A stretch of DNA of 64,000 nt from Vicugna vicugna (taxonomy: Eukaryota), in the NCBI GenBank assembly GCA_013265495.1, contig MU063499.1, positions 930,001-994,000 of the forward strand. Direction: 5' to 3'. Shown piece by piece: positions 46,941 through 63,353 of the stretch. The notes under the pieces were generated by a model. It worked only from the letters and a program-made list of their open reading frames with translations, searched no databases and was not told where the DNA came from. The translations under genes and the position numbers were made by a program. Position 1 is the first letter of the stretch; each line of letters begins with the position of its first letter.

Positions 46941-49900
46941 ATGGAGAGGAATCGGTGGCGGGCTCTTTACGGGGCCATGCACTCGAGTGGAGAGGAGGAG
47001 GGTGTGAAGGCAGGCTCGCTGCCTGACAGTGCACACGGATGTGTGGAGGAAACTGGGCTTGTAGAGTGTAGGAGTGGAAGGGTGAATCCCCCAGAGGTCC
47101 TTGCACACAGGTGTATATGGGGCTCTTTGGGGTGTTACGGGATGGTGCCAATGGGTGCAGAGTGTGGGCCTTGTAAGAGTCACCCTCATCATCCTATCCC
47201 ATATCCACCCTCAAGGTTCTAGAGTGGATGCTTGGGGCAGTAATGGTTACACTCCAAGATATTGTCAGCTCAGGCTCTGCAGGCCTAGTCTTGAGTTGTG
47301 GCCAAGTTCTGCCCATCCTGCCCCCAGAATATCTGAAGACAGATTGAGGGAGGTGGGCTGGGCCTGCTTGGGGTTGGGTAGAGCAGCCTGTGCTGGGACT
47401 AGTCAAGTTGAGCAGCCTCGTGCCTCTCCTCGCAGAGTGGATCCAGAGGGACCTGGAACGCATGGAGAACATCCGATTNNNNNNNNNNNNNNNNNNNNNN
47501 NNNNNNNNNNNNNNNNNNNNNNNNNNNNNNNNNNNNNNNNNNNNNNNNNNNNNNNNNNNNNNNNNNNNNNNNNNNNNNNNNNNNNNNNNNNNNNNNNNNN
47601 NNNNNNNNNNGCCTTTTACAAATGCCCACCATGTGCCTTGGTGTCAGTAGGGCCTAGAAGGGAGGCTGGGAGCCAGGTTCCTGCCCCTTGGGAGCTCAGG
47701 TGGTCTCTAGTGACATGGTCATAAACACTGAAGGCTTGCTCCAAACTTGGGCCAGGTCTAGAGGCCTTGCTCGAGGGAGGGGATGCAAGGCAGCTGCCAT
47801 GGTGGCGCTAGAAGGGGTGCAGGGATGGATGTAGGCCAGAGCCTCAAGAATCTTGTCAAAGAGGTTGTGGCCAGTAAGGGGACAGGATGGGCTATTACTG
47901 GGTGGGAGGTAATTCTAACCTGCTACCCCATATCCTCCTTAGGCTGCTGAGCAGAGAATCTCCTTCAGGCAGCATGAAAGCTGTGCTGCGCAAGGCTGGA
48001 GGCCCAGGCACAGGGGAGGAGAAGCAGTTTTTGGAAGTAAGTCTGCGTGGGACCAGGTGGTGGGCAAACAGGCTCAGTCCCACAGATGAGGCTCTGTTAA
48101 AGGACAGCAACCTCACTCCCAGATGTCCTCAGGTCTGGGAGAAGAACCAGAAGCTCAAGAGCTTCAACCTGTCGGCGCTGGAGAAACATGGGCCAGTTTA
48201 TGAAGATGGTGAGGCAGCCGGCTGGTGAGCAGGCAGGGTGGACAGGAGGGGCAGCCATAACCCAGGGCTCCCCCTGATCAGCCCTCCTTGCACCCAGACT
48301 GCTTTGGCTGCTTGTCCTGGTCGCATTCGGAGACACACTTACTATACGTGGCAGAGAAGAAGCGTCCCAAGGCTGAGTCCTTCTTTCATACCAAAGCCTT
48401 GGACATCAGTGGCAGCGATGACGAGATGGCTAGGCTGAAGAAGCCAGACCAGGCCATTAAGGTGCTGTGGCCGTGGCGAGTCCACAAAGGCCCTTCAGGG
48501 CAGCCTGGGGCTCAGTCTGCTTTCTACGCACACTACGTCTATCAGAACCAGGGAGGCACTGGCTTCTAGAGGGCAGGGCAGGGCAGGGCAGGGTCCTGCA
48601 AGACAAGCTGGGCATTGAATGTCTTGTATTCTCAGGGGGATCAGTTCTTGTTTTACGAAGACTGGGGAGAAAACATGGTTTCTAAAAGCACTCCTGTGCT
48701 CTGCGTGCTGGATGTCGAGAGTGGCAACATCTCTGTGCTTGAGGGGGTCCCTGAGAGTGTGTCTCCCGGACAGGTTAGTGCTGACTCTGCCCACATCACT
48801 CCTGGAGTCTGAGGGCCCTGCCTGAGCTACTGCCCCTTATCCACATCTGCCCTGTGGTCTTGTTTACAGGCATTCTGGGCCCCTGGAGACACAGGTGTGG
48901 TGTTCGTGGGCTGGTGGCATGAGCCCTTCCGGCTGGGCATCCGTTTCTGCACCAATCGAAGGTGAGAACAATCGAAGGGGCAGAGCAAGGGTGCCTTGTA
49001 GCTCAGACTGGCCTTGAAGCTGAGTGTCTCTCTGATGGTTCCAGGTCAGCTCTGTACTATGTGGACCTCATCAAGGGGAAGTGTGGTAAGTGCTGGCATC
49101 TACCTGTGCTTTGCTGACACACAATGGCCCTGACAGCCTGCGTGATGCTCACGTTTTTGTCTCGCCCAGAGCTCCTCTCAGATGACTGTCTGGCTGTCTC
49201 TTCTCCTCGGCTGAGCCCAGACCAATGTCGCATCGTCTACCTGCAGTTCCCATCTCTGGTCCCCCATCAGCAGTGTAGCCAGTTGTGCCTGGTGAGCTGG
49301 GGGGGATGGGGGGAGGTCAGCAAGAAGAGGGGATGGTGGGTGAGAGCTGAAGGGTCAGCTTCGTCTCCCCACGGGCCGCTCAGTGGACTTCCTTTCGTGG
49401 GTGCAGTGATGGTGTGAGTTCTGCTTATCCTTTCAAGGCAGGGCCCAGAGGCTGAGAGTGCTGGCATGGTGGCCTCTGCACAACCCAGACTCACCACTTA
49501 GAGAGCATCCTCTGTCTACACGAATGCTCCTCCCATTGCTTCTCACCTGCACATGGCCAGGCTCTGCAAGGGCCTGGGATGTAGCGGGCAGTTACAGAGT
49601 CTTTGCCCACGAAGAGCTCTGGGCTCCTAGTGAAAGTCAGAGGCCCCTCGGACAGCTGGTCCAGGTCACCAGAAAGGAGATACACCAGGCTCCTCTCAGG
49701 TCCTCCCCTCCCTTCCCTGAGGCTATGCTAGGCTATCATGGAAGAGGACAGGTGTACAGAGCTCCATGCCCTGAGGGTACTGCCGGTCCCTTGGTGGGCC
49801 TGACCACTATGTCCTCTTGCAGTATGACTGGTACACCAGGGTCACCTCGGTGGTGGTGGACGTCGTGCCTCGGCAGCTGAGAGGTAAGGGGTGTGTGGCT

Positions 49901-52900
49901 GGTTGAGTGCAGTGGAGCCTGCAGCTCTGTTTTCCTGCCAGCTGTTATCCTGGCTCAGGGGCAGCCTCCTCAGCTCTTCCTTCCTGGGTTCCTTCTGAAG
50001 TCTCCCTCCTGCTGGGCCAGCCCCAGGTTCTGCCTCCTCAGGGGTTGGGGCCATCGCTGTAGGGAATGGTTCTGATAGAAGGAAGTCAGCTAGACTGAAG
50101 CTGAGATCAGAGCAGCCCAAACTGGCTGAGGATTTAGATTGTTTCATTCCCATGCTGCAGCCCATAGATATTTCTTTTTTTTTTTTTAACTTTTAAAAAT
50201 TTTATCATTTTTTATTGTGGTACAGTTGGTACGCAATATTTCAGATGTACAGCAAAGTGATTTAATTATACATATATATATGTTTTCTTCAGATATTTCT
50301 TATTTTTCCAGTGGCTGGTTAAAGTCACTGCTCCTTCAAAGGGTCTCAGAAAGTGCACTAGGTTGGCAGGTCCTAGTCCAAGGGTGCTCATTCTCCCACT
50401 CCCAGCCCACATCCTAGCATTTGTTCAGTCCAAGCCCTTGAGGCAGCGGGGTCTCTGGGAGGGTGGTCCTTGGCCGACAAGCTCCAGTCAGTCTTGAGTG
50501 CTCACAACCCTGCTTGGGATCCTGAACAAGGATGTGAGGGGTGAGTCTCTTTTCCTCAGGCTGCCTGGTCAGTTCCAGGAATCAAGGACAAGGGATGGTC
50601 TCCTTTTCTTCTCTTGGGGTTGCAGGGATGTAGCAGTGGGGACCTGGTCTGAATCTCAGCTCTGCCCCTTAATAGCTGTGTGTCCTTGAACAGTGTCCTG
50701 ACCTCCCCAAGCTTCCATTTCTTTATGTGAGAAGGAGGCAGTTATCCCTGCCTTCTTTGTAGGATGGTAGCAAGGGCTACATGAGGGATGATATTAGCGG
50801 GTAGGATTTATTCAGCCTCCTTTGCACAGCACTCTGCTAAGTACGGTAATGGACAGACAGGTGTTGTCTTGGTTACAGCATCCAGTGCCCACCAGGGACC
50901 AAATAAGAGCAGCTCAGAGGAATGCCAGTGCATTTCTTCTGAGCACCCGTGGTTTCTCTCAGAAGCTCTCACGTTCCCCCTCTCTTGGGACCTCAGAGGC
51001 CTCTGCCCCTCAGCCCCCTCTTCAGGCCATGCCTCATCACCTAGGATGCCCCCATATGTGGGGCTGCCATTCTGTCACATTTGGGTGTCCCAGGTGAATT
51101 CCCCAGCAACCCAGCCTGCCTCATAGTCTTAAGCCCTCTACACCTCCATTCCTGGACGTGGCCCCCAGCCCTCTGCCTTTACAGAGAACTTCTCTGGGAT
51201 CTACTGCAGCCTTCTGCCTCTGGGATGCTGGTCAGCTGACAGCCAGAGAGTGGTTTTTGACTCTGTTCATCGCAGCCAGCAGGTAAGGGGCCCTGACTGT
51301 GTTGAGAGGCGGCCCTTGACCAACCCCCAGGAGCTGTGGGCCTGGGACATAGCACATGCACATTGCCCAGCCACAAGGTCTCACTGGCTCTTTAAGGCCC
51401 TGCCTGCCCCTGTCCTGGACTTGCTTTTCCTTGAGGGGGCTGGCTGCCTGGGTACCTCACAACAGAGCCCTTGGCCCTTTCTCCTGAGGCAGAGATGCAA
51501 AACATCGCCCTTCCTCAGCATTTCCAGCTGGAGGACAAGGGGGCCGCCACTGGGATGGGCCCCTGAACACCATACAGGGAGCTCATAGAGATGGGACAGT
51601 GGCTTTCTCCCAGCGATTGGGTGGGGACAGCACAATATGCCAGGCTCCTTTGGGATGTGATTTCATTTGATCCACAGTGTAGTTCAAAGGGGCTCAGAGT
51701 CATTCCTTACCTTACGCAGGGTCATTCAGCAAGTTGTAACAGAGCTGGGATGTGAACCCAGGCCCTCAGGCCACTCCCTGCTGCACTGAGTAGCTGTCAC
51801 CATAGTCCTTCACAGCTCTGGCCTGGCCTGGCCCAAGGTCCCCAAAAGGGTAGAGCAGAGATGGGGGCAGGACCCACTGGGTTCTGGGATGTGGTACCAC
51901 ACGTGGCCTCCCTTCTGCTTCAGGACCTGTTTGCTGTGGACACTCAGATGGGCACTGTGACCTCTCTGACGGCAGGTGAGCAGGGCTGGCAAGTGGACCA
52001 GCCAGGCCAGGGGTGGGACTAAAGCTTGAGCACATGGGGCAGCGGTCGCACTCTTGGCCACTCTGCACCACTGACTGCTCCACAGCCTTTACTGACAGTT
52101 TCATGGGGACCCTTATCCCACCAACGGACAGCCTTCTCTGCTCCCTGTGTCCTGGCTCTGCCTCTGTACGGCTCCCACCCTGCTCCTTGAACCCAGAAAA
52201 TTCTCTCTTGTCAGGATCTGTCAGTCATCCTTCCTCCTCCGCAAACCTCAGGCAGAGGCACCTCTGTCACCCCAGGGCCCAAGAGAAGCCCTGGATTGGC
52301 TCCCTCATCTTCCTCTTACCCAGGCCTGATGATTCTGTCCCTAAAACATGTTTGAGTCCTCCACCTGCCCTGGCTGTACTCACTCCTCCACAAACATCTC
52401 TGCACAGTCGCTGCTTAGGAATCCCGATCTCCTTGGACCCCGCTGCCTAGAATCAGAGCCCACCCCCACGCCTCGGCCTAGCAGCCGCTGCCCCTGCAGA
52501 CTGCAGTCCATCAGGTGGTGGGTGGATGTGCCTTGTGGTCTGGTGTGTCCTCAGGTCTGGCAGTCCCGGGTCACAGCCAGCACCTGCTGGATGAATGGAC
52601 TGAGCAGGAAGCTCACCCAGAGCTGTGTGTCCCTTTGTGGGTGTCCCTTTGCTTCTCAGGGTGGAAGGGGCACCTCGCTGTAGAGCCTTCAGGCTGGGAC
52701 TCTGGCTCTGCAGGGAGGGGTGGGAATGGTGGTGGTATCTGCCTTCTCCAGGGGGGTCAGGTGGAAGCTGGAAGCTGCTCACAATTGACCGGGACCTCAT
52801 GGTGGCACAGTTCTCCACGCCCAGCCTGCCCCCAAGCCTGGTGAGTGATGGTGGGCGTTCGCCCAGGCCAGAATGCAGGGGTTCCATGCAGGCAGAGCTC

Positions 52901-55474
52901 CCCAGGTCAGGGAAGTGGCCTCAGAGTCTGACTGGCTGGTCAGCATGTGAGAGGCCAAGGTGTGGGCCCAGGGTAGCTAGTCCATGAGGGTCTGGCACCA
53001 TGCGGAGGAACTACTGGGCTAAGGTCTGCTCTATACAGAACAGGGTGTCTGGGAAAGTGCCCAGTCCCTGGGTATAACAGTATAGGGAGACGGCAGAGCC
53101 TAGAAGCTGAGGAGGGAGGGGTACGTATGTGTGGTTACGTGAGTACCTTTGTACATATCAGCTTACGACAAGAGTCCATGCTGTACCCTCTGGAGGTGGG
53201 CAGACGGCCCACCATAATGAGAGTTGCCCTTTCTCAGAGGTGGAAAGGCAGGGAGGCAGCCAGGCCTGTGACACACTCTTTTCCCTTGGCAGAAAGTTGG
53301 GTTTCTGCCTCCTGCGGGGAAGGAGCAGACAGTATCCTGGGTGTCCCTGGAGGAGGCCGAGCCCATTCCTGACATCTCCTGGAGCATCCGGGTACTACAG
53401 CCACCCCCAGAGCAAGAGCATGTGCAGTATGGTGAGCTGGGCCAAGGGCTGAGGGACACCTTCTCTTGAGTTCCCCAGCATATAGGGTCTGTGGTCACCT
53501 TTCTCACCTCCTGTCTCACATTTTGGGGTCTCTTGAGATTATCTCCAAGAGGCTTTCTGTTCCTCTTGTGGTCAGTCATGGGGAGCAGTGTCTGGGCATC
53601 ATCAGACCAAATCATCTGTGGTGGGATAATGAAGCCCAAATAACAGTCCTATACAAGGTCTCTGTGACCACACGCTACCAGGATGTTGTCCCTGCAGACA
53701 GTGAGACTCCCTGACTAGGGCAGAAGGAGCATGAGCCTCTTGGGGTCCATGTGTCACAGTGTGGGCTACCTTGGCCAGGCCTCTTGTTTCAGAGGTCAGC
53801 CCCAGACCTGGATCTACAGCTGAGGCCTTGGCTCGGGAAGCCCCTGGGGATTAGCACCGGCCCTGCTGATTGCCTTTCTCCCTGCAGCTGGCCTTGACTT
53901 TGAAGCGATCCTTCTGCAGCCCAGCGATCCTCCAGATAAGACCCAGGTGCCCATGGTGGTCATGCCCCACGGTAGGCAACTGGCTTGAGAGTCCCTGCCT
54001 TCCCACCACCCCTCCTATCTGGCTCTTTCACCCTCTCTCTGCTCCCTATCTGCAGGGGGACCCCATTCATCCTTTGTCACTGCCTGGATGCTGTTCCCAG
54101 CCATGCTTTGCAAGATGGGCTTTGCAGTACTGCTGGGTGAGTGAGCAGGGCCCACGGCTCTGGTAGGGATGTCGGGTATCAATGGAGTGGATCTGGTTTG
54201 TACCACCCTAGTCTCCAGGCCTCTCTGTAGTCTGGACCTGGTAACCACTATCCGAAACTGCCCTCGCCCAGCCTCTGGCTCCATGGCATGGTGATAACAT
54301 GGGCTAAATCAAGACTTCCATGGGAAGGGTGCTGTAGTCACTGGGCTTTCTCAGATTTCTTAGCCCCTTCCCCTTGAGTCTGTGGTGGCAGCTGGCCTTA
54401 AGGCCTACTTCACATATGGGTGAAAGGGTATCCGGGGAGCTAGGAATGCCACTTGACTACTCTGTCTGGTCCCTCCCTGGCCTCCAGTGAACTATCGTGG
54501 CTCCACGGGCTTTGGCCAGGACAGCATCTTCTCCCTCCCCGGCAATGTGGGCCACCAGGATGTGAAGGACGTCCAGGTAGCAGGGGCTGGGGCTTCTGGA
54601 CAGGTTGGAGGGTAGGTTCTTGGGGGTGTGCCTTCATCCTGCTGAGCAGGCAGCCGGCTGCAGCATGATCTGCCCCACCCTGTAGTTTGCAGTAGAGCAG
54701 GTGCTCCGGGAGGAACACTTTGACGCAGGCCGTGTGGCCCTTATGGGTGGTTCCCATGGTGGCTTCCTCTCCTGCCACCTGATTGGTCAGTACCCAGAGA
54801 CCTACGGCGCCTGTGTGGTGCGGAACCCTGTGATCAACATTGCCTCCATGATGGGCTCTACTGACATCCCTGACTGGTGGGTGTGCCCACAGGTCCCTGC
54901 CCTTCTCCCCTCTACCCCATACCCTCATGGAGCTCCCATAGGCCCCAGAACTCCAGGAGCTGCTTCAGCTCAGTCTCTTGCAGGTGCGTGGTGGAGTCTG
55001 GCTTCCCCTACAGTAGCGACTGTCTGCCAGACCTCAGCCTGTGGGCTGACATGCTGGACAGGTCGCCCATCAAGTACACCTCTCAGGTACACAGCCCTCC
55101 CCCTGCCCGCTGTGCTGCCAGTGTGTCCAGGGCCCCAGACCCTGCTTACAACGACTCCCCACACATCCAGGTGAAGACTCCACTGTTACTGATGCTGGGC
55201 CAGGAGGACAGGCGTGTGCCCTTCAAACAGGGCATGGAGTATTACCGTGCCCTCAAGGCCCGGAACGTGCCAGTTCGGTGAGTGTGGCACACATCTGGCG
55301 ACAGCCCTGGGAGCTGGTGAGCAGGGGAGGATCCTCCAACCTCAAACATCGCTGCCCGATCCTTGCAGGCTCCTGCTCTATCCCAAAAGCACCCATACAC
55401 TGTCAGAGGTGGAAGTGGAATCAGACAGCTTCATGAATGCTGTGCTCTGGCTGTGCACACACTTGGGCAACTGA
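46713..55474 (+). CDS. APEH: Acylaminoacyl-peptide hydrolase (S9C serine peptidase), complete, 732 aa
   Basis: 22 exons: 46713-46724, 46800-46932, 47436-47562 (end in N run), 47943-48036, 48133-48208, 48298-48461, 48636-48773, 48870-48961, 49045-49085, 49170-49291, 49823-49883, 51185-51282, 51924-51975, 52752-52840, 53293-53431, 53888-53971, 54056-54136, 54488-54576, 54686-54876, 54984-55086, 55171-55277, 55369-55474. They sum to 2199 nt. Catalytic Ser in GGSHGG (54752), Asp in GQEDRR, His in STHTLS. Confidence 0.98.
50170..50305 (-). mobile_element. Short, relatively young L1 3' end with poly(A) tail in APEH intron 11
   Basis: Poly-T followed by ttttattgtggtacagttggtacgcaatatttcagatgtacagcaaagtgatttaattatacatatatat. 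Confidence 0.75.
50640..50830 (+). mobile_element. MIR SINE in APEH intron 11
   Basis: tgaatctcagctctgcccc..agctgtgtgtccttgaacag...ccaagcttccatttctttatgtgagaagg. Confidence 0.75.
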
Positions 55475-55617
55475 AACCCTACCTCTCTGCATGAGCCGGC
55501 TGGCATAAGCCGCACTTGGCTCTTGGAGAGCCCCAGGGTCTAGCAGAGAGGTGAAAGGCATCCTGGGCTCTGGACTCCATGGATGGGTGAGCCGAGGAAT
55601 GTGGACTATATACTCAT

Positions 55618-55623
55618 AATAAA
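55618..55623 (+). terminator. APEH poly(A) signal AATAAA
   Basis: Canonical hexamer about 145 nt after the stop codon. Confidence 0.85.
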
Positions 55624-56071
55624 TGAGGACACAGAGTCTGGTTCCTGCTGGTACTTTGTACCAAGCCACCCGTAACCCCAGCCCCACCCTTGGGGTTCAG
55701 AGGCCGTAGGCCCTGGGTGTGGCAGCCATAAGGACGGCATCTACTGCCAATGTGAGGGGGCAGGGGATAGTGAGAGACTGAACCGCTGCCTGTCCTGGAC
55801 ACGTGGGACTCCACCAGGCTAGCTCCCTCTGCTGCAGCCCCTTCTGTTAGAAACTGCCCTACACCATCCTTCCCCTCCCAAGTTTATCTGGGGGACCAGT
55901 GAGGCCCTGCTTTCCACAGCACCTAAAGGCTAAGGTAGCCCTCGGGTCAGATCGCCCAGCCCAGGGTGTGCTGGACTCGAGCCACCCAGGCCCTAATGAG
56001 GTGTTGCCAATTCATGCCCTAGAAGCAGAGGCTAAGAAGCACCCTTCAGAGGCATAAGGAAGAAAGGTGGC

Positions 56072-56077
56072 TTTATG
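56072..56077 (-). terminator. MST1 variant poly(A) signal CATAAA
   Basis: The minus strand reads gtcagaCATAAAgcc about 50 nt after TAG; no AATAAA nearby. Confidence 0.6.
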
Positions 56078-56127
56078 TCTGACAGATAGCTTCATCCTCC
56101 CCAAGGCACACAGGATTGAGGCTGGGC

Positions 56128-60716
<4,589 letters not shown>

Positions 60717-60823
60717 NNNNNNNNNNNNNNNNNNNNNNNNNNNNNNNNNNNNNNNNNNNNNNNNNNNNNNNNNNNNNNNNNNNNNNNNNNNNNNNNNNNN
60801 NNNNNNNNNNNNNNNNNNNNNNN

Positions 60824-61950
60824 CCTGCTGGGGCCTGACCTGAGACCCAGTGGCAGGAATGGGGGTGGGGCCAACGTCAGAGCCCCTAGGTGAGGTGGCA
60901 AGGGTCTTCACTTTGGCACAGTTAGCCCCTATGAGGCCTCTCTGTGTAGTGGACAGTGTTGGAAAGGTTCAGTGGGGGCACATGAGGTGCCCTGGAGTGG
61001 GAGTGGAGCCCCCCTGCAGCCTAGGCTTCTCTGAAGGGAAGGACAGCGTGGACATGGTTGCTGCCAGAGGCAGTGATATTAAAGTTGCCCGAGCCTCAGC
61101 TTTCCCCTGTAAAGTGGAGAACGTTCCCTGCTCCAGCCCCAAAACAGCCTGCCCCTTTTGCTGGAGGCAGGTCTGTCCACGCCCCAGATAGAGGGCCCCC
61201 CTCGCCCCGCCAGAGGTGCCATCCCAGGGAAGGTGAGCGAGGCCACCCGTCAGGCCTGAATGGAGGTGAGGGTGACTGGGAGCAGGGACCCCGCGAGGAG
61301 CCGCCTTTCCGACATCCTAGGGGACCTCTGGGTGGGGCCTGCAAGTAGCTGGTAGGAGTTGAAATAGGCAGCAAAGTCTCCCAGTCAGGACACAGTTGTG
61401 ACACGGCTGTGCTAGGAGCTCCTCTGGCGCAGGCGGGGGTCGGAGGTGGTTGGGCAGTGGAGCGAGGCGGCCCCGGGAACATCCCGGAGGCCGCGGAGCA
61501 CACCCACCCCCCGCCCCGGCGCAGGCCGTGCGCAGGCTGTGCGCAGGCTAATGCGCTTGCGCGGCGGGCGCGCGGTTTGGCCCTGGACGGACACCGTAGC
61601 CGAGAGGCTGGGCGGATGTTGTGAGCCGGGACGCCGCGGCCGACACGGGGTGAGTGAGGGGCGGCTGGGCTCCGGGAGGGGTGGGTCCCCGCGGCTCGCC
61701 TTGCGGCCTCGGCCTGTCTAGTGCGAGGGTGCTCGTCGCTCAGGGAGTCGCAGTCTAAAGTGCGAGACTCCGGGCTGGAGTTGTCCTGGAGGAGCCTCTA
61801 GAGCTTGGGGCCGGGCGGGGGCGACTTGGCAGAAACCAGCGCTGCCCTCACGTCCTTGGGTTCCGAGATGGGGTCGGTTCTGTTCTGAGCCCGGATCCCT
61901 CGGCGCGGCTGAATAGGATCGACGTGACAGGGAGCCCCCGAGCAAAGTCA
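60824..61950. promoter_or_regulatory. Head-to-head MST1/RNF123 promoter region with CpG island (~61180-61950)
   Basis: Divergent first exons less than 1 kb apart; DR1-like TGACCTgAGACCC at 60836-60848; NRF1-like GCGCAGGC repeats at 61427-61562. Confidence 0.75.
61560..61649 (+). other. RNF123: RNF123 non-coding exon 1 (start approximate)
   Basis: Lies in the CpG island and ends at donor cggg|gtgagt (61650). Confidence 0.65.
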
Positions 61951-62241
61951 AAATCTACCTCTCATCTGGGTCTTCAGCACCTGACACCCGGGGTGGATGG
62001 AAGGTTTACTCCTCAGATGAGCGACCACGTCTAATCTGTCCTGGACCTGTTCTGGAGTGAGAGGGACAGCGATCATGGTTGCCTGCGGTGGGCGGTAGGG
62101 TGGGAAGTCACTTTCCCGAGGGGCAGGCGTGGTGCGGACCGTGAGTGAGCAAGGGTGTGTGGCGGGAGCACTGGACCTGTTTGGGGTGAGATAAGAGAAA
62201 AGAGTGCTGTCTAAGGTATTGCTCGAGGGCTAGGCTCTAAA

Positions 62242-62620
62242 CCAGCTGATAGAACTTTCTGTGATGATGGAAATGTTCTTTATGTTCGGTGTCTTGTCTC
62301 ATAATCACTGGCCACAAAATCCGTGAAATGTGGTTAATATAATTGAGAAATTGATTTTTTTTTTGAGTAAAGGTAGGCTTATTTAGAGAGATACATACTC
62401 CATAGAGTGCAGGCTTTTTCAGAAGGGAAGAGAAAAGCCACGAGGTTTGGGGGTTAGGTGATTAGTTTAAAGTAAAAGTAGTTACACACTCCATAGACAG
62501 AGTGGGATCTGTTTCACTCAGATGGGAGAGTGCCTGAGAAATTGATTTTTAAATTTTTAGAAATTTAATTCAAATTTAAGTAGCCACATGTGGCTAGTAA
62601 CTACTGTGTTGTACAGCACA
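62242..62620 (+). mobile_element. MER3 hAT DNA transposon, interrupted at 62360-62534
   Basis: atagaactttctgtgatgatggaaatgttct ... aaatttaagtagccacatgtggctagt..gtacagcac; flanking gctctaaa and gctctaga resemble an 8-bp hAT TSD. Confidence 0.85.
62360..62534 (-). mobile_element. Polyadenylated ERV-LTR-like fragment inserted with a 16-bp TSD (L1-mediated retrocopy)
   Basis: tgagaaattgattttt at 62344-62359 and 62535-62550; poly-T at the left end; LTR-like string tttagagagatacatactccataga. Confidence 0.65.
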
Positions 62621-63353
62621 GCTCTAGATCTTTGAGGCTGGTACTAGCAATTCAGTGCAGCTTCTGAAGCAGCTGTAGCAACACCATGATATATAAGGAA
62701 TGGACAGCAGTGGGAAGACCAGTGGAGTCTTTGAATGGGCAAGGGTGTTGCTGTGATGGGGTGGGAGACTGTAAGTGCAAACAGGAAAGCTAGCAGGCCT
62801 TTGGAATAGAGAAGGGGTGATCCTGGAACTGAGGAAGGGGGTCCTGGCCTTGGGTGTCAGCAGGACTTGTGGATGGAGATGGACAAGGCCTTGGACAGTG
62901 GACTTGGCTTGGTTTGGGTTCTCTCTTCCAGATATGGACCCAGTGTGGCTTACAACTGAGAAGGATACATGGGCTCTTCCCCTAGGCCACCTCACTTTAG
63001 ACACTTTGATCTGATTTCCCACTGGGTTGAGGCATTTCATTTAGTTTAACAAACATATATCTGCCACCTGCTCTGTGTCAGGCCCTGTGTGAGCCCTGGG
63101 ATGTGCTGGGGCCCTGTAACATGGGCCCAGAACCCCACTCACCCTCCCTGTGTAGGAAGCTGGAGGCCACTGCTTTCCTGTGCCCTGGGTTAGTGTGTGT
63201 GTGTGCGCGCGCATGCGCTGGCTTCACCTGCTCCCAAGCCTCCTGACACCCCAAGACTAAGGTCAGTGTGAGGGCCCTTGACCAGCTTTGAATAGACAGG
63301 TTTTGCCTCTGCTTCAGCCCCCAGGACCACTGGCTTCCCACAAGAGATGAAAG

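Noticed and set aside
46575-47192. 205-aa antisense ORF across APEH exons 1-2
   Set aside because: CpG-island shadow ORF with no recognisable product.
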